DNA of 63,819 nucleotides from a virus (Duplodnaviria > Caudoviricetes), in the IMG/VR virus record IMGVR_UViG_3300029624_000040, positions 1-63,819 of that record, one strand, 5' to 3'. The translations under genes were made by a program, and so were the position numbers. The notes under the pieces are model-generated. The model worked only from the letters and a program-made list of their open reading frames with translations, did not search any database and had not been told where the DNA came from. Positions within the stretch are counted from its first letter, which is position 1; every line of letters starts with the position of its first letter. Of the stretch, positions 1-8,068 are shown in pieces.

Positions 1-606
1 CGACCACGCCGCCGACCTCGCCGACTCCGCCGACCTCGCCGCCGACCACGCCGCCGACCTCGCCGACTCCGCCGCCGCCGACCACGCCGCCGACCACGCC
101 GCCGACCACTCCTCCGCCGCCGACCACGCCGACTCCGCCGACTCCGACCACGCCGACTCCGACACTGTCTCGGCACTGGCGGCGTGGCGATGCAATTCGG
201 CGACCCGGTTTATGGCGTTGCGATTAACATCGGTAATGGCCAACAAGCCGCTGTCGGCCAGAAGCCACGCGGACCACCGGTGATACACCGGCTCTAGTTC
301 GACGCCGACAGGGGGTGCCTCTAGGAAACGAACGGGCCACGCATCGCTGACCGTTTTTCCGATCGCCCATTCGCGGCTTGCTCCCTCAAAGATTGCATCT
401 TCGAGCCATGCGAACTGTTCAGGTATGCCGAGCACTTCGGGGTAGTCGCCGTGTCGTTTACCATGAAGCGTGCATCCGATGCCGCAGCCTTTGCCGTCCG
501 CCCAGTAACCGTAGTCCTGCACTAATTCGTCCGCCGCCCGGTGAGCGCGGACGCGGGCAACGTACTTGTCTTTGATAGTTGCGTCGTTGAGGAAGGTCAG
601 CATCAT
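1..606 (-). CDS. N-terminal part of an Ala/Ser/Trp-repeat phage protein; runs off the left end and continues at 63819
   Basis: Open frame from ATG 606 (MMLTFLNDATIKDKYVARVRAHRAADELVQDYGYWADGKGCGIGC...) to base 1, ending in SAAWSAAESARS repeats; absent from the ORF track because there is no stop inside the window. Confidence 0.85.
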   Translation of the reverse strand, partial: MMLTFLNDATIKDKYVARVRAHRAADELVQDYGYWADGKGCGIGCTLHGKRHGDYPEVLGIPEQFAWLEDAIFEGASREWAIGKTVSDAWPVRFLEAPPVGVELEPVYHRWSAWLLADSGLLAITDVNRNAINRVAELHRHAASAETVSESAWSESAESAWSAAEEWSAAWSAAWSAAAESARSAAWSAARSAESARSAAWS

Positions 607-797
607 ATTGGCCTTGTAAGGTGTTCGAAAATCCCCGTCTCTCCGGGGTATCACGCCTAGCTCCGGGCGGCGTTTCCTCTCACAGGTTTTGCCTTCCATT
701 GCGACCGCAGGGAATCGAGCCCCAGCGCCCCGTACCACCGCCCGCCAATGCGTTTCAAATATCGGCTGCACGGGTTAGGTGCTGGACCGGACGGGGG

Positions 798-1109
798 TTA
801 CTTCTGCCTTTCAAACACGAGAATCACTTTTCGCTTTTCGCGCGGCGTCCTCGGTCCGTGGTGCGGGTGAATCGCCACTCGCACCCATCGCTCGTCACCT
901 AGGTCAACACGGTCGGGAATCGGGTGCTTTTCAAATACGGCGACATTGACCTTCTCAACGCCGTGGAATCGTGTTTCCCGGTTCCATATTTCCTCGGCGA
1001 TTTCCTCGACCGCTTCTTCGTAGGACACAAGGTCGGTGTCCACGACCGGCTTAGGCTCGTGCCGCATATCGACTCGCATGCCGAGGTCTAGGTGTTCGAT
1101 GCCGTCCAT
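798..1109 (-). CDS. hypothetical protein
   Basis: ORF with GGAG RBS, coupled to the upstream stop. Confidence 0.6.
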   Translation of the reverse strand: MDGIEHLDLGMRVDMRHEPKPVVDTDLVSYEEAVEEIAEEIWNRETRFHGVEKVNVAVFEKHPIPDRVDLGDERWVRVAIHPHHGPRTPREKRKVILVFERQK

Positions 1110-1327
1110 TAAGACTCTCCCCTCAGAATCGCCATGCAGCGATTCCATTCCGCACTGTTGAAGTCCGCTTTAACGATGGCGTCCATCGCTTCTTCTTGCT
1201 CCGTCGGTGCAATTCGCATGTAGCCCAGCAGCGACTCGTCTCGACTGGCAAAGGCCTCGGTGTACGGTTGCCGCTCGTAGGCCAGTGCGTTTCGGTAGGC
1301 TCCTATGGGCTTGCCGTTTCGGTTCAT
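1109..1327 (-). CDS. hypothetical protein
   Basis: ATG 1327 with GGAGA RBS. Confidence 0.6.
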   Translation of the reverse strand: MNRNGKPIGAYRNALAYERQPYTEAFASRDESLLGYMRIAPTEQEEAMDAIVKADFNSAEWNRCMAILRGES

Positions 1328-1359
1328 CGCCGTGTCTCCGATGCGAGGGCGGGACGGTA

Positions 1360-1833
1360 TCAACCAACCGATGCGTGAATGTTGGCGCTTCCTGGGTGAA
1401 ACGCGGACGCGAACTGCACCCGCAGAAGACAGGCGCGGCCGGGTGCGAACTCGGCTGCGCGGGCGATTGCCTGCTCAGGCTTGTCGACCTGCGTGACATC
1501 GGCTCCCGAAAGGTCGCTTAGGCCAATCAGGTCGCCGAACTCGTAGGACTGCGGTTCGACTTCCACCTCGTAAGCCGCGAGCGGGCTGACATCGACGGAA
1601 ATCGGGTCGGTCTCTCCGCCAACTGACCGCGAGTGGGCTATGCCGAGAAACTTTCTGGCAAACAGCTTTCGTGTTGCTTGAATGTTGCCCTCGGACGGGA
1701 ACTTATGGGATGGCCGAGCAAATCCAGCGTCAAAAAACAGCAGGTCGCCCGGCTGGATTACGGTGTCCTCTTCGACCCGCACCTTGCGGAGCTGCACTTG
1801 ACCAGAGCGATAGCGAAGTTTGTGGGCAGGCAT
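1360..1833 (-). CDS. capsid decoration/cement-like protein, planctomycete type, outside the head module
   Basis: LRYRSGQVQLRKVRV..TVIQPGDLLF..FLGIAH..GETDPISVD resembles DUF2190-like cement proteins (recollection, no search). Confidence 0.55.
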   Translation of the reverse strand: MPAHKLRYRSGQVQLRKVRVEEDTVIQPGDLLFFDAGFARPSHKFPSEGNIQATRKLFARKFLGIAHSRSVGGETDPISVDVSPLAAYEVEVEPQSYEFGDLIGLSDLSGADVTQVDKPEQAIARAAEFAPGRACLLRVQFASAFHPGSANIHASVG

Positions 1834-1863
1834 GTTGTTTCTCCGGTGAGAGGGTGGGGCGGG

Positions 1864-2454
1864 TTAAACAGCGACGAGCCGGTACTGCTTGCCGTCCGGC
1901 ATCGTGACTAAGACTTCACTCGCATCGGACTGAGCTTCCGCTGGCGGCTCGTCTGGCAGCCCGGTTTCGATCAACGTGCCGAAGCACACTTCACCTTTAA
2001 CCAACTTGCCGCACTCGATTTGCTGTTCAGCCTCAGTGGGCAGACGCCATAAGCAGAGACCAGCAAAGATTCTCAGGGCAGCCGAGAGAGTCGTTTTGCA
2101 CGTAATTGACCATCCGGCTTCGATGCCCCATCCGGCTTCGATGTCCCCTCCGGCTTCGATGCCCCCTCCGGCTTCGATGTCCCATCCGGCTTTGATGTCC
2201 CATCCGGCTTCGATGCCCCCTCCGGCTTTGATGCCCCATCCGGCTTCGATGCCCGATCCGGCTTCGATGTCCCCTCCGGCTTCGATGCCCGATCCGGCTT
2301 TGATTTGGATCGAGCCTTTCGCCGAAAGAAACGGGACAGTTACCCAGCCAAGATTGGCGGCAACCTCGATATGTCCGCCCGCATTAAGCAGCGAGCGATC
2401 GCCGATGAAATAGCCGTCTTTGAAATGTTCAGCCGTCAGCCGTGTTGTTTCCAT
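1864..2454 (-). CDS. hexapeptide-repeat (IEAGxx) beta-helix protein
   Basis: About 11 tandem I[EK]AG[WGS][GDS] units. Confidence 0.8.
   Translation of the reverse strand: METTRLTAEHFKDGYFIGDRSLLNAGGHIEVAANLGWVTVPFLSAKGSIQIKAGSGIEAGGDIEAGSGIEAGWGIKAGGGIEAGWDIKAGWDIEAGGGIEAGGDIEAGWGIEAGWSITCKTTLSAALRIFAGLCLWRLPTEAEQQIECGKLVKGEVCFGTLIETGLPDEPPAEAQSDASEVLVTMPDGKQYRLVAV
2111..2303. repeat. 18-bp coding tandem repeat (ccggcttcgatgycccnn)
   Basis: Visible directly. Confidence 0.9.
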
Positions 2455-2498
2455 CTTTTCTCTCCGTCGGCGCGTACCGCGACCAAAAAAAGTAAGGG

Positions 2499-2759
2499 TC
2501 AATGCGAGCAACAAAACGTGCCGCTCGCCTCTCTCGGGTCATCGCCCGAGCCGAATCGCTTGAACCATCGGTCGCCGCGCGGCTGGCCCATCGGCACCGT
2601 GGGGACCACCGGAAGATTCGCGGCACGGTTCATCACTGCGCCACATTGCTCGCAGGTAGGGACGGGTGGAACGACGCTCAGAAACACCGTGGGGACCGAC
2701 ACGACGCCGCCGCACTGTGAGCAGCGACCGACAACCCTTGTGTTCGTGAAATCTCTCAC
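2499..2759 (-). CDS. zinc-ribbon small protein
   Basis: CSQC...CEQC; GGAGAG RBS. Confidence 0.6.
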   Translation of the reverse strand: MRDFTNTRVVGRCSQCGGVVSVPTVFLSVVPPVPTCEQCGAVMNRAANLPVVPTVPMGQPRGDRWFKRFGSGDDPREASGTFCCSH

Positions 2760-2803
2760 TGCATCTCTCCTTGCGCGTACCGCGCCCGCAGTTAGGGGGT
2801 GGG

Positions 2804-2950
2804 TTATTCAGCCAGCCGGACCTTAAAGCCGGGCTTGATTTCGTTTTCGGGAAAGAACCTTCGAATCGCCTCCCTGCGGCCCTTCGCCTTGCAGTCGTCG
2901 ATTTGTTTCCACTGGCCGTTGACCAACTGAAAAAGAGCGAACGTCTTCAT
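2804..2950 (-). CDS. 48-aa hypothetical protein (MKTFALFQLVNGQWKQ...)
   Basis: Hand-translated; GGAGAG RBS; lies between repeat elements. Confidence 0.6.
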   Translation of the reverse strand: MKTFALFQLVNGQWKQIDDCKAKGRREAIRRFFPENEIKPGFKVRLAE

Positions 2951-3008
2951 TAGGCTCTCCGTCGGCGCGTACACTGAGCGCAGTTAAGGGGTGGGGTTAT
3001 TCACAATC

Positions 3009-3260
3009 TCAGCTATATCGACGTGGTGCCGTAGACTGCTTTTTCTTTACCGGCTGCGGAGCCACACTGTCGGCGTTGCTCCTCATGTTCGCCCGAAACT
3101 CGTTAAGGTTCTGGGAGTCGATGGGGATTCGCCACTGCGGCCTAGGGGTGTCGTCACTCGCGACGTTGATGGCAAAGAGCTTGCCGCTGTTGATCCAGTC
3201 ACGCACCTTATCGGCGCTGACCTTCATCAGTTTGGCGAACTCAGCCGTTGTCGCGTACAT
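3009..3260 (-). CDS. xis: excisionase-like helix-turn-helix protein
   Basis: TTAEFAKLMKVSADKVRDWINSGKL..WRIP MerR/HTH_17-type pattern, next to the integrase. Confidence 0.75.
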   Translation of the reverse strand: MYATTAEFAKLMKVSADKVRDWINSGKLFAINVASDDTPRPQWRIPIDSQNLNEFRANMRSNADSVAPQPVKKKQSTAPRRYS

Positions 3261-3418
3261 CCTCTCGCCGCTCCTCCGTGTGACTCATTGCGTCCGACAC
3301 GGGGAATTTAGCGGGGATTTCGAGCGTGTCACGGCCATTGTGCTCGCCGTAGCGAGACGCGCGCCGGTTATGCCGAACAGTGTTCAGCTATGCCGACCTA
3401 TGCCCGATATGGGCTTTT

Positions 3419-4519
3419 TTAGAGAACTTTCCACGGGCCGTTGAAAAGCCACTTTCGCACAGTTTCGGCGACCGCGATAAGCCGACCGTCATCAATTTCG
3501 TGCAGGTAGTGCGAGCTGATGGACTGGTCCGCTTGCCCCATGACGTGCAGCACAGCTGCATGGTCCTTGGAGCGGTCAGCAACAGTGCGGAACGTGTGCC
3601 GCAGAGAGTAGAAGCCTGCGTTCGCCCGAGTGATCCCGGCTGCGTGCCGAGCCTTCGTGAACTCTTGGGCGATGGCATCGTTCCCGCGTCCACGCACAAA
3701 CGGCTTGCCGAAGCGGGTGAGGAACAAACAGCCTTCTGGATTGGCCGTCGCGTCGACCTGGGCGAGTGTTTCCGGCCACAGGGAGCAACGCCGGTCTACG
3801 GCTGTTTTCGGGCGAGGATAATCGACCCACGAGCCATGCAGGTGCCGCCGCTCCAAATTCGATATGTCGGTCTGGCCCATCCCGCAGTTGATGGCAAGCA
3901 GAATCATCGCACGCAGTGTTGGCGACGAGTGTGCGTAGATTCGGGAAATCTCTTCTGGCTCGAACAACCGCTTCGGCTTCCGGTTCCGCTCCCGACGTAC
4001 ATTCGCTTTCGACGGCTTGCGGAAGTCCGGGCCGTAGTTCGGTTCGGACTCTAGCCAGCCCGCCGCCACCCCCCATCGAAAGACCGACCGAATCCGCTGC
4101 ACCTCGTTCCCGAGCCGCACCAGTCCGAACCGCTTTGACAGTTCCCCCATGAGCCGAGAGAACTCCGAGGCATGCAGCGTCGCGGGGTCACGCGATGCCC
4201 CGAACACCTTGACGATGAGTTTGCATGTCCCGTCGAGTTCGTCGACCGTCCGCTCTGCCAGTTCGCCGCGTCGATGCTTCTGCAACTTGGCTTCGTAGAA
4301 CTCGTCGCAGAGTTTGCCCAATGAGAACACGGCATTTGGGTCTGGCACCGGCACACCGGCCTTGAGATACGGTTCGGCGTGAAGGTACTCTCTCAGTGCG
4401 GCGTCTGGGTCTTCCCATCGCCCGAAGTAGTAAATACGCCCGCGGACCTTGCGTGCCCACTTCCCTGAGTTGTGGGCGTAAAGCGGAAATCCGGGGTAGG
4501 GTTTGCCGGGGCGTTCCAT
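3419..4519 (-). CDS. int: tyrosine recombinase (phage integrase)
   Basis: RPKT, FYSLRHTF, HVMGQ...SHY motifs; N-terminal arm-binding-like WARKVRGRIYYFG. Confidence 0.92.
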   Translation of the reverse strand: MERPGKPYPGFPLYAHNSGKWARKVRGRIYYFGRWEDPDAALREYLHAEPYLKAGVPVPDPNAVFSLGKLCDEFYEAKLQKHRRGELAERTVDELDGTCKLIVKVFGASRDPATLHASEFSRLMGELSKRFGLVRLGNEVQRIRSVFRWGVAAGWLESEPNYGPDFRKPSKANVRRERNRKPKRLFEPEEISRIYAHSSPTLRAMILLAINCGMGQTDISNLERRHLHGSWVDYPRPKTAVDRRCSLWPETLAQVDATANPEGCLFLTRFGKPFVRGRGNDAIAQEFTKARHAAGITRANAGFYSLRHTFRTVADRSKDHAAVLHVMGQADQSISSHYLHEIDDGRLIAVAETVRKWLFNGPWKVL

Positions 4520-4526
4520 TGGATTC

Positions 4527-4742
4527 GGTAGTAAAGGTGGTAGTAGAACCGCAGGTCACAGCGACGGTGCTTATTACATAAGTCGCTACACGTCAACAGC
4601 TTGCACCCGTAGCTCAGCAGGATAGAGCGACGGTTTCCTAACACGATGGAAGCAAGCAAAAAGCCGGAAAACACAAGGGTTTCCCGGCTGAGGACGTGAC
4701 ATGTGCCCTGATATACCACCACGAGCGGTAGTACGTACTACC
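4527..4742. other. attP: tRNA-derived core flanked by GGTAGTA arm-type sites
   Basis: GGTAGTA at 4527 and 4539; GGTAGTA-CG-TACTACC palindrome 4727-4742; tRNA fragment between them. Confidence 0.75.
4603..4641 (+). pseudogene. 5' half of tRNA-Arg(CCT), att core
   Basis: GCACCCG TA GCTC AGCAGGATA GAGC G ACGGT TT CCT AA; tRNA similarity ends after the anticodon loop. Confidence 0.85.
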
Positions 4743-5055
4743 CGTCATTCGCCTCCCGTAGCAGTTCCAGCCACGTCGCCCCGAGCGCGACTGGGTGATT
4801 CGCTTTCGGGTCGCCGAAGCAGTGACTCGGGCGTTTCATCAGCTTCCGCTTCATCTTCTGCCGAACCCGGTCTGGCAGGTGCAGAATCGCGGCCATCTCC
4901 ACGTCGGCGTAAGCGTAGTTCGGGTCCAGCCCCCTTCCCCGCATTGCGGAGGTCAGGGTGGTCACGAGAGCCGCTACGGCCGATGAATCGTAGTGATGGT
5001 CCATATTGGAGTTGACGCTGTGCGCAGCGTCGATAGGATGCTCTGTCGAAGGCAT
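4738..5055 (-). CDS. hypothetical protein next to attP (possible directionality or regulatory factor)
   Basis: ATG 5055 with AGGAG RBS; stop overlaps an arm site. Confidence 0.6.
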   Translation of the reverse strand: MPSTEHPIDAAHSVNSNMDHHYDSSAVAALVTTLTSAMRGRGLDPNYAYADVEMAAILHLPDRVRQKMKRKLMKRPSHCFGDPKANHPVALGATWLELLREANDG

Positions 5056-5105
5056 CGAAATTCTCCTGGCAGGGAGTGAGTAGATTCCGAATTGGCAGAC
5101 ATCCG

Positions 5106-5142
5106 AGGCGGTCAGGTGTTGGCGCACTTGACCGCCTTTTTT
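5106..5142 (+). terminator. intrinsic terminator-like or regulatory hairpin
   Basis: AGGCGGTCAGGTG/CACTTGACCGCCT stem followed by a T run. Confidence 0.65.
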
Positions 5143-5149
5143 CGTGCGC

Positions 5150-6032
5150 TACTCGAAACCCGATTGGTGGTCGGGCGTCTGCCGAGTGTGACGGCGTACC
5201 GTCAGCGCGAGGGGGAATCTGGGAGGCCCGCGAGCAAGCGGGAAAGAAGTTCTAGCATCCATGCTATTCAGGGCGTACATTAGACAGCCCGCAGTGGTTC
5301 GAGGTGCTGACTCGACGCAAGCACGAGGCTGGTAACCCCGTGGCCACTGCGGGCTTACTTCCCACCGTGGCACCTTGCAATCATAATGACAATCGGGGTT
5401 TTGCTCCAGATGGGAGTCCTGTTTCCCCGGATGTGGCGATTCGGTGAGCATAACATCCGCGCAGTCATAAGCAACAGATTGTGCATTGTGCGCACAGCAG
5501 ATTGCACAGGTGGGGTGATTTGCCCGCTATGGCAAATACCTATGCGTCGGGCGGACGGCAGCGGGCCGTCAAGATGGGTCAGCCAGGCGGCGGAAGCAGG
5601 ACGCGCCGCGCATCTCGCGATTGAAGCGAGCGAAGCTCTGCCAGCGGCTATCGAAGCACCACATCGGTTGCACCCTGTCACAAAACGTCGGGACTTCTGC
5701 ACAAGCTCCGACACGACGATGCCGAGCCGACCGTCACTGGCCGACTCGGCGTCTCGTCATCAACTCCACGGGCAAGATACCGACTGGGCGTTCAGGTGCA
5801 AGGGGTGGAATCGAAGTGTTTGGATTCACGAATAAGGGGTGGTTTTCGTGAACCGAGCGGCGTGATGCACACCATTTTGTTGGCGTCGGCAAAATGGTCG
5901 GCGCGTGAAAAACGCCGGGCGTCCCCGAAGGAATCGCCCGACGTTGGCCTGAAGATAGCATCTTCAGAGTGGTAGCCCGTGGCCCGGTCGAGTTCGACTG
6001 GTCTTCACGACAAGCACTCCCATTATCCCCGG
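5150..6032 (+). ncRNA. large highly structured non-coding RNA, probably GOLLD-like
   Basis: ~880-nt gap with no credible ORF, more than 15 stems, ends closed by 5211-5225/6017-6030; G-U pairs favour the + strand. Confidence 0.75.
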
Positions 6033-6413
6033 TCAGGGGGAGCGGTCAACGGGAGTTTCGTCAGCCACTCGGGACAGGAAGGCGTCGACCGTCTTCTCGT
6101 ACTCATCGTGCCACGGGGCGCTCATTGCAACTTGGTCGAGAAATCCCTTTGACTCCCTCAGCAACTCCACCGCCTCGGCTAGTCGGGCGTTCCAATCACG
6201 ATGCCTTTGCTCATTCCTCATGTCTAGCTCGTTCCACTGCCGTAGTAGTGCAGCGTTTTCCACTTTCAACCGCTCTATCTCTGCGTCTCGCTCACGGCAG
6301 GCGGCGATAATTCGACGGGCACGCTCGGCAGGCATCGTGTTGATGCTACCGGGGTTCTCCTCCCAATGGGCGTACTTGCTGTAGTCGAGTTGCGTCAATT
6401 TACTCCCGCTCAT
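6033..6413 (-). CDS. hypothetical coiled-coil protein
   Basis: ORF in an overlapping operon. Confidence 0.65.
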   Translation of the reverse strand: MSGSKLTQLDYSKYAHWEENPGSINTMPAERARRIIAACRERDAEIERLKVENAALLRQWNELDMRNEQRHRDWNARLAEAVELLRESKGFLDQVAMSAPWHDEYEKTVDAFLSRVADETPVDRSP

Positions 6414-6696
6414 AATCCCATCCCATGAGGTCAACAATTTTTATGGCCCATTTCGAGCCGTAATCTACGTGTCCGCAGGCGTACTCACTGGCGAGTTTCA
6501 CTTGCTGCAACGTCGGTTCTTGCAAGCCCCGCATGCGGGCGTATTCAGACGCCTCACGCCAGACCGCTTCAGCTTCGTGTTCCTGCCACTCCGAGTCGTG
6601 GTCGCGGTTTCGAGCTTGCCGCTGGAAGGCGTCGTACAGGCGACGTGCAGGTTGAAACGGCGGGCGAAACACATCTCGCTGCGTCACGATTCTCAC
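6400..6696 (-). CDS. hypothetical protein
   Basis: Coupled ORF. Confidence 0.65.
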   Translation of the reverse strand: MRIVTQRDVFRPPFQPARRLYDAFQRQARNRDHDSEWQEHEAEAVWREASEYARMRGLQEPTLQQVKLASEYACGHVDYGSKWAIKIVDLMGWDYERE

Positions 6697-6878
6697 ATCC
6701 TTTCCGCGTCGATGATGATTCGGATTTCGCCGGGGGTCTCGACCAGTGCCTCAAGAGCTTCGGTCGATAAAGACGCCAGTTTCTCTTCAAACATCCGGCG
6801 GGCGTCCCGCTTGAGCATGTCGCGAGTGCTCGGTGGTGGTGAGTAGTTTTGCGGTCGGCAAGTTTTGTCGTAGTTCAC
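6693..6878 (-). CDS. hypothetical protein
   Basis: GTGA overlaps on both sides. Confidence 0.6.
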   Translation of the reverse strand: MNYDKTCRPQNYSPPPSTRDMLKRDARRMFEEKLASLSTEALEALVETPGEIRIIIDAERM

Positions 6879-7153
6879 GATTCACCCCTTTCCTCTCGGG
6901 CCGCGAGCATGGCGTCGGCGAAGCGGTAACGGAGTATGGCTGCAATCTCTTTGCGAGAGTGCCGCTTCGGTTTATAGTGGTCGTTGTGCGGATTCCGCGA
7001 CCGCTCTTGCTCTTGCACGGTGTCAATATCACCTTTATTTGGTTCCGGGCCATGAACCGCGAAGTAATCGCGGAGTGACATGCCCTCCCCGCCCGCCGCT
7101 TTACCCCGCTCGCCAGACTCGGGAAACGCTGGTCCGCCATCGTTTTTCTTCAT
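6875..7153 (-). CDS. conserved phage hypothetical (GGPAFP...GMSLRDYFA...ADAMLAAR family)
   Basis: Recognisable phage motif. Confidence 0.8.
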   Translation of the reverse strand: MKKNDGGPAFPESGERGKAAGGEGMSLRDYFAVHGPEPNKGDIDTVQEQERSRNPHNDHYKPKRHSRKEIAAILRYRFADAMLAAREERGES

Positions 7154-7192
7154 CAGTCTTCTCTCCTTGTCTCCCCGTGGGGCGGTTAGGGG

Positions 7193-7381
7193 TTAGGCGT
7201 ACCACTTGCCGACTTCGTCGAATTGCTCGACGGTTTTACAGAACCCAAGCTCCGACAAGATTTCACGCAGCAGGTCGTCCGCCTGGCCGTGGGCATGTTC
7301 GTAGTCGTCGCACTCTGCAATCTTCGCCATCCGTTCGGCGTACTTTTCGTCAAGGTCTTTGACGTTTGAATTGCTCGCCAT
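7193..7381 (-). CDS. conserved phage hypothetical (EHAHGQADDLL...KWYA)
   Basis: Motif and strong RBS. Confidence 0.75.
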   Translation of the reverse strand: MASNSNVKDLDEKYAERMAKIAECDDYEHAHGQADDLLREILSELGFCKTVEQFDEVGKWYA

Positions 7382-7527
7382 CTTCTCCCCCTTTCAATAA
7401 GCCCAGAACGCCCAGCCGAGCCACGCAGCTACGGCTACAGTCTCCAGTTGCCATTGCGGTTGGCCGTGGATATTATCGCAGAGAAATACGCGACTCAATC
7501 CCCAAAGGTGGGCGCAAGGATAATTTT

Positions 7528-7737
7528 GTGGCAGAAAATAGAAACAGTAGGTCGGACGGTGAGACCAAGGGGCCGGGGCGTCCGAGGAAGCACAAAATCC
7601 CACGGCAATCAGTCTCACTTTATCTCAGTGAAGACTTGGTAGAGTGGATGGACGGCATGGACGATACCCGGTCGGACCTCGCCGATAAGGCGATACGTCG
7701 GCTGATGAACTCTTGGGTGAGGAGGCAGAAGAAGTGA
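7528..7737 (+). CDS. ribbon-helix-helix regulator with AT-hook-like GRP (repressor candidate)
   Basis: GPGRPRK..RQSVSLYLSEDLVEWMD..RSDLADKAIR; divergent from the 7381 operon. Confidence 0.65.
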   Translation: MAENRNSRSDGETKGPGRPRKHKIPRQSVSLYLSEDLVEWMDGMDDTRSDLADKAIRRLMNSWVRRQKK

Positions 7738-8012
7738 GCGACGTGAAGCACCCGATACAGCCTGTCATCGTCGACGACGAGGGCACTTATCGCTTCAAGC
7801 CGAACGCTATTGTGCGATTCCTGCTTGACGCCGGGCCGTATGACCTGAACGACCTCGCCCGCATGCCATTTTCGCAGAATGACCGTGAACAGTTCGCGCA
7901 GCTTATTGGATACAGCGTTTCTGGCTTCAGCGAACTGTCTTACGTCAGCGATGAGGCGTGGGACGAGACGTGGGAGAACGTGCCTGAATGCCCCGCAACC
8001 TCCGAGACCTAA
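7734..8012 (+). CDS. hypothetical protein
   Basis: GTGA-coupled to the RHH gene. Confidence 0.7.
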   Translation: MSDVKHPIQPVIVDDEGTYRFKPNAIVRFLLDAGPYDLNDLARMPFSQNDREQFAQLIGYSVSGFSELSYVSDEAWDETWENVPECPATSET

Positions 8013-8068
8013 CAATCGCCGGGCTGCTGCTAATGGCCGTGGTGTTGGGCGTCAGGGCGATTTTGTGG

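Larger units (their letters stand above)
2461..3004 (-). repeat. three related intergenic elements preceding small early genes
   Basis: tctccgtcggcgcgtac at ~2461 and ~2956; cgcagttarggggtggg(g)ttattca at ~2787 and ~2979; tctccttgcgcgtaccgcg at ~2766. Confidence 0.75.

Noticed and set aside
1-170. Terminal 9-12-bp repeats as a CRISPR array or telomere
   Set aside because: No unique spacers; they are in-frame coding repeats
699-770. Possible tRNA on the minus strand (GGGGCTCGATTCCCT T-arm-like)
   Set aside because: Acceptor stem is mismatched and there is no D or anticodon arm; at most a remnant
2111-2303. 18-bp repeats as CRISPR or DGR template/variable repeats
   Set aside because: Contiguous coding hexapeptide repeat; no cas or reverse transcriptase gene is recognisable
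5386-5835. 149-aa + strand ORF and other ORFs in the 5.15-6.03 kb gap
   Set aside because: No RBS or recognisable motifs; better explained as by-products of a GC-rich structured RNA
4835-7710. Other CTGATGA occurrences as hammerheads
   Set aside because: They lie in coding sequence without the GAAA/GUH core and stems
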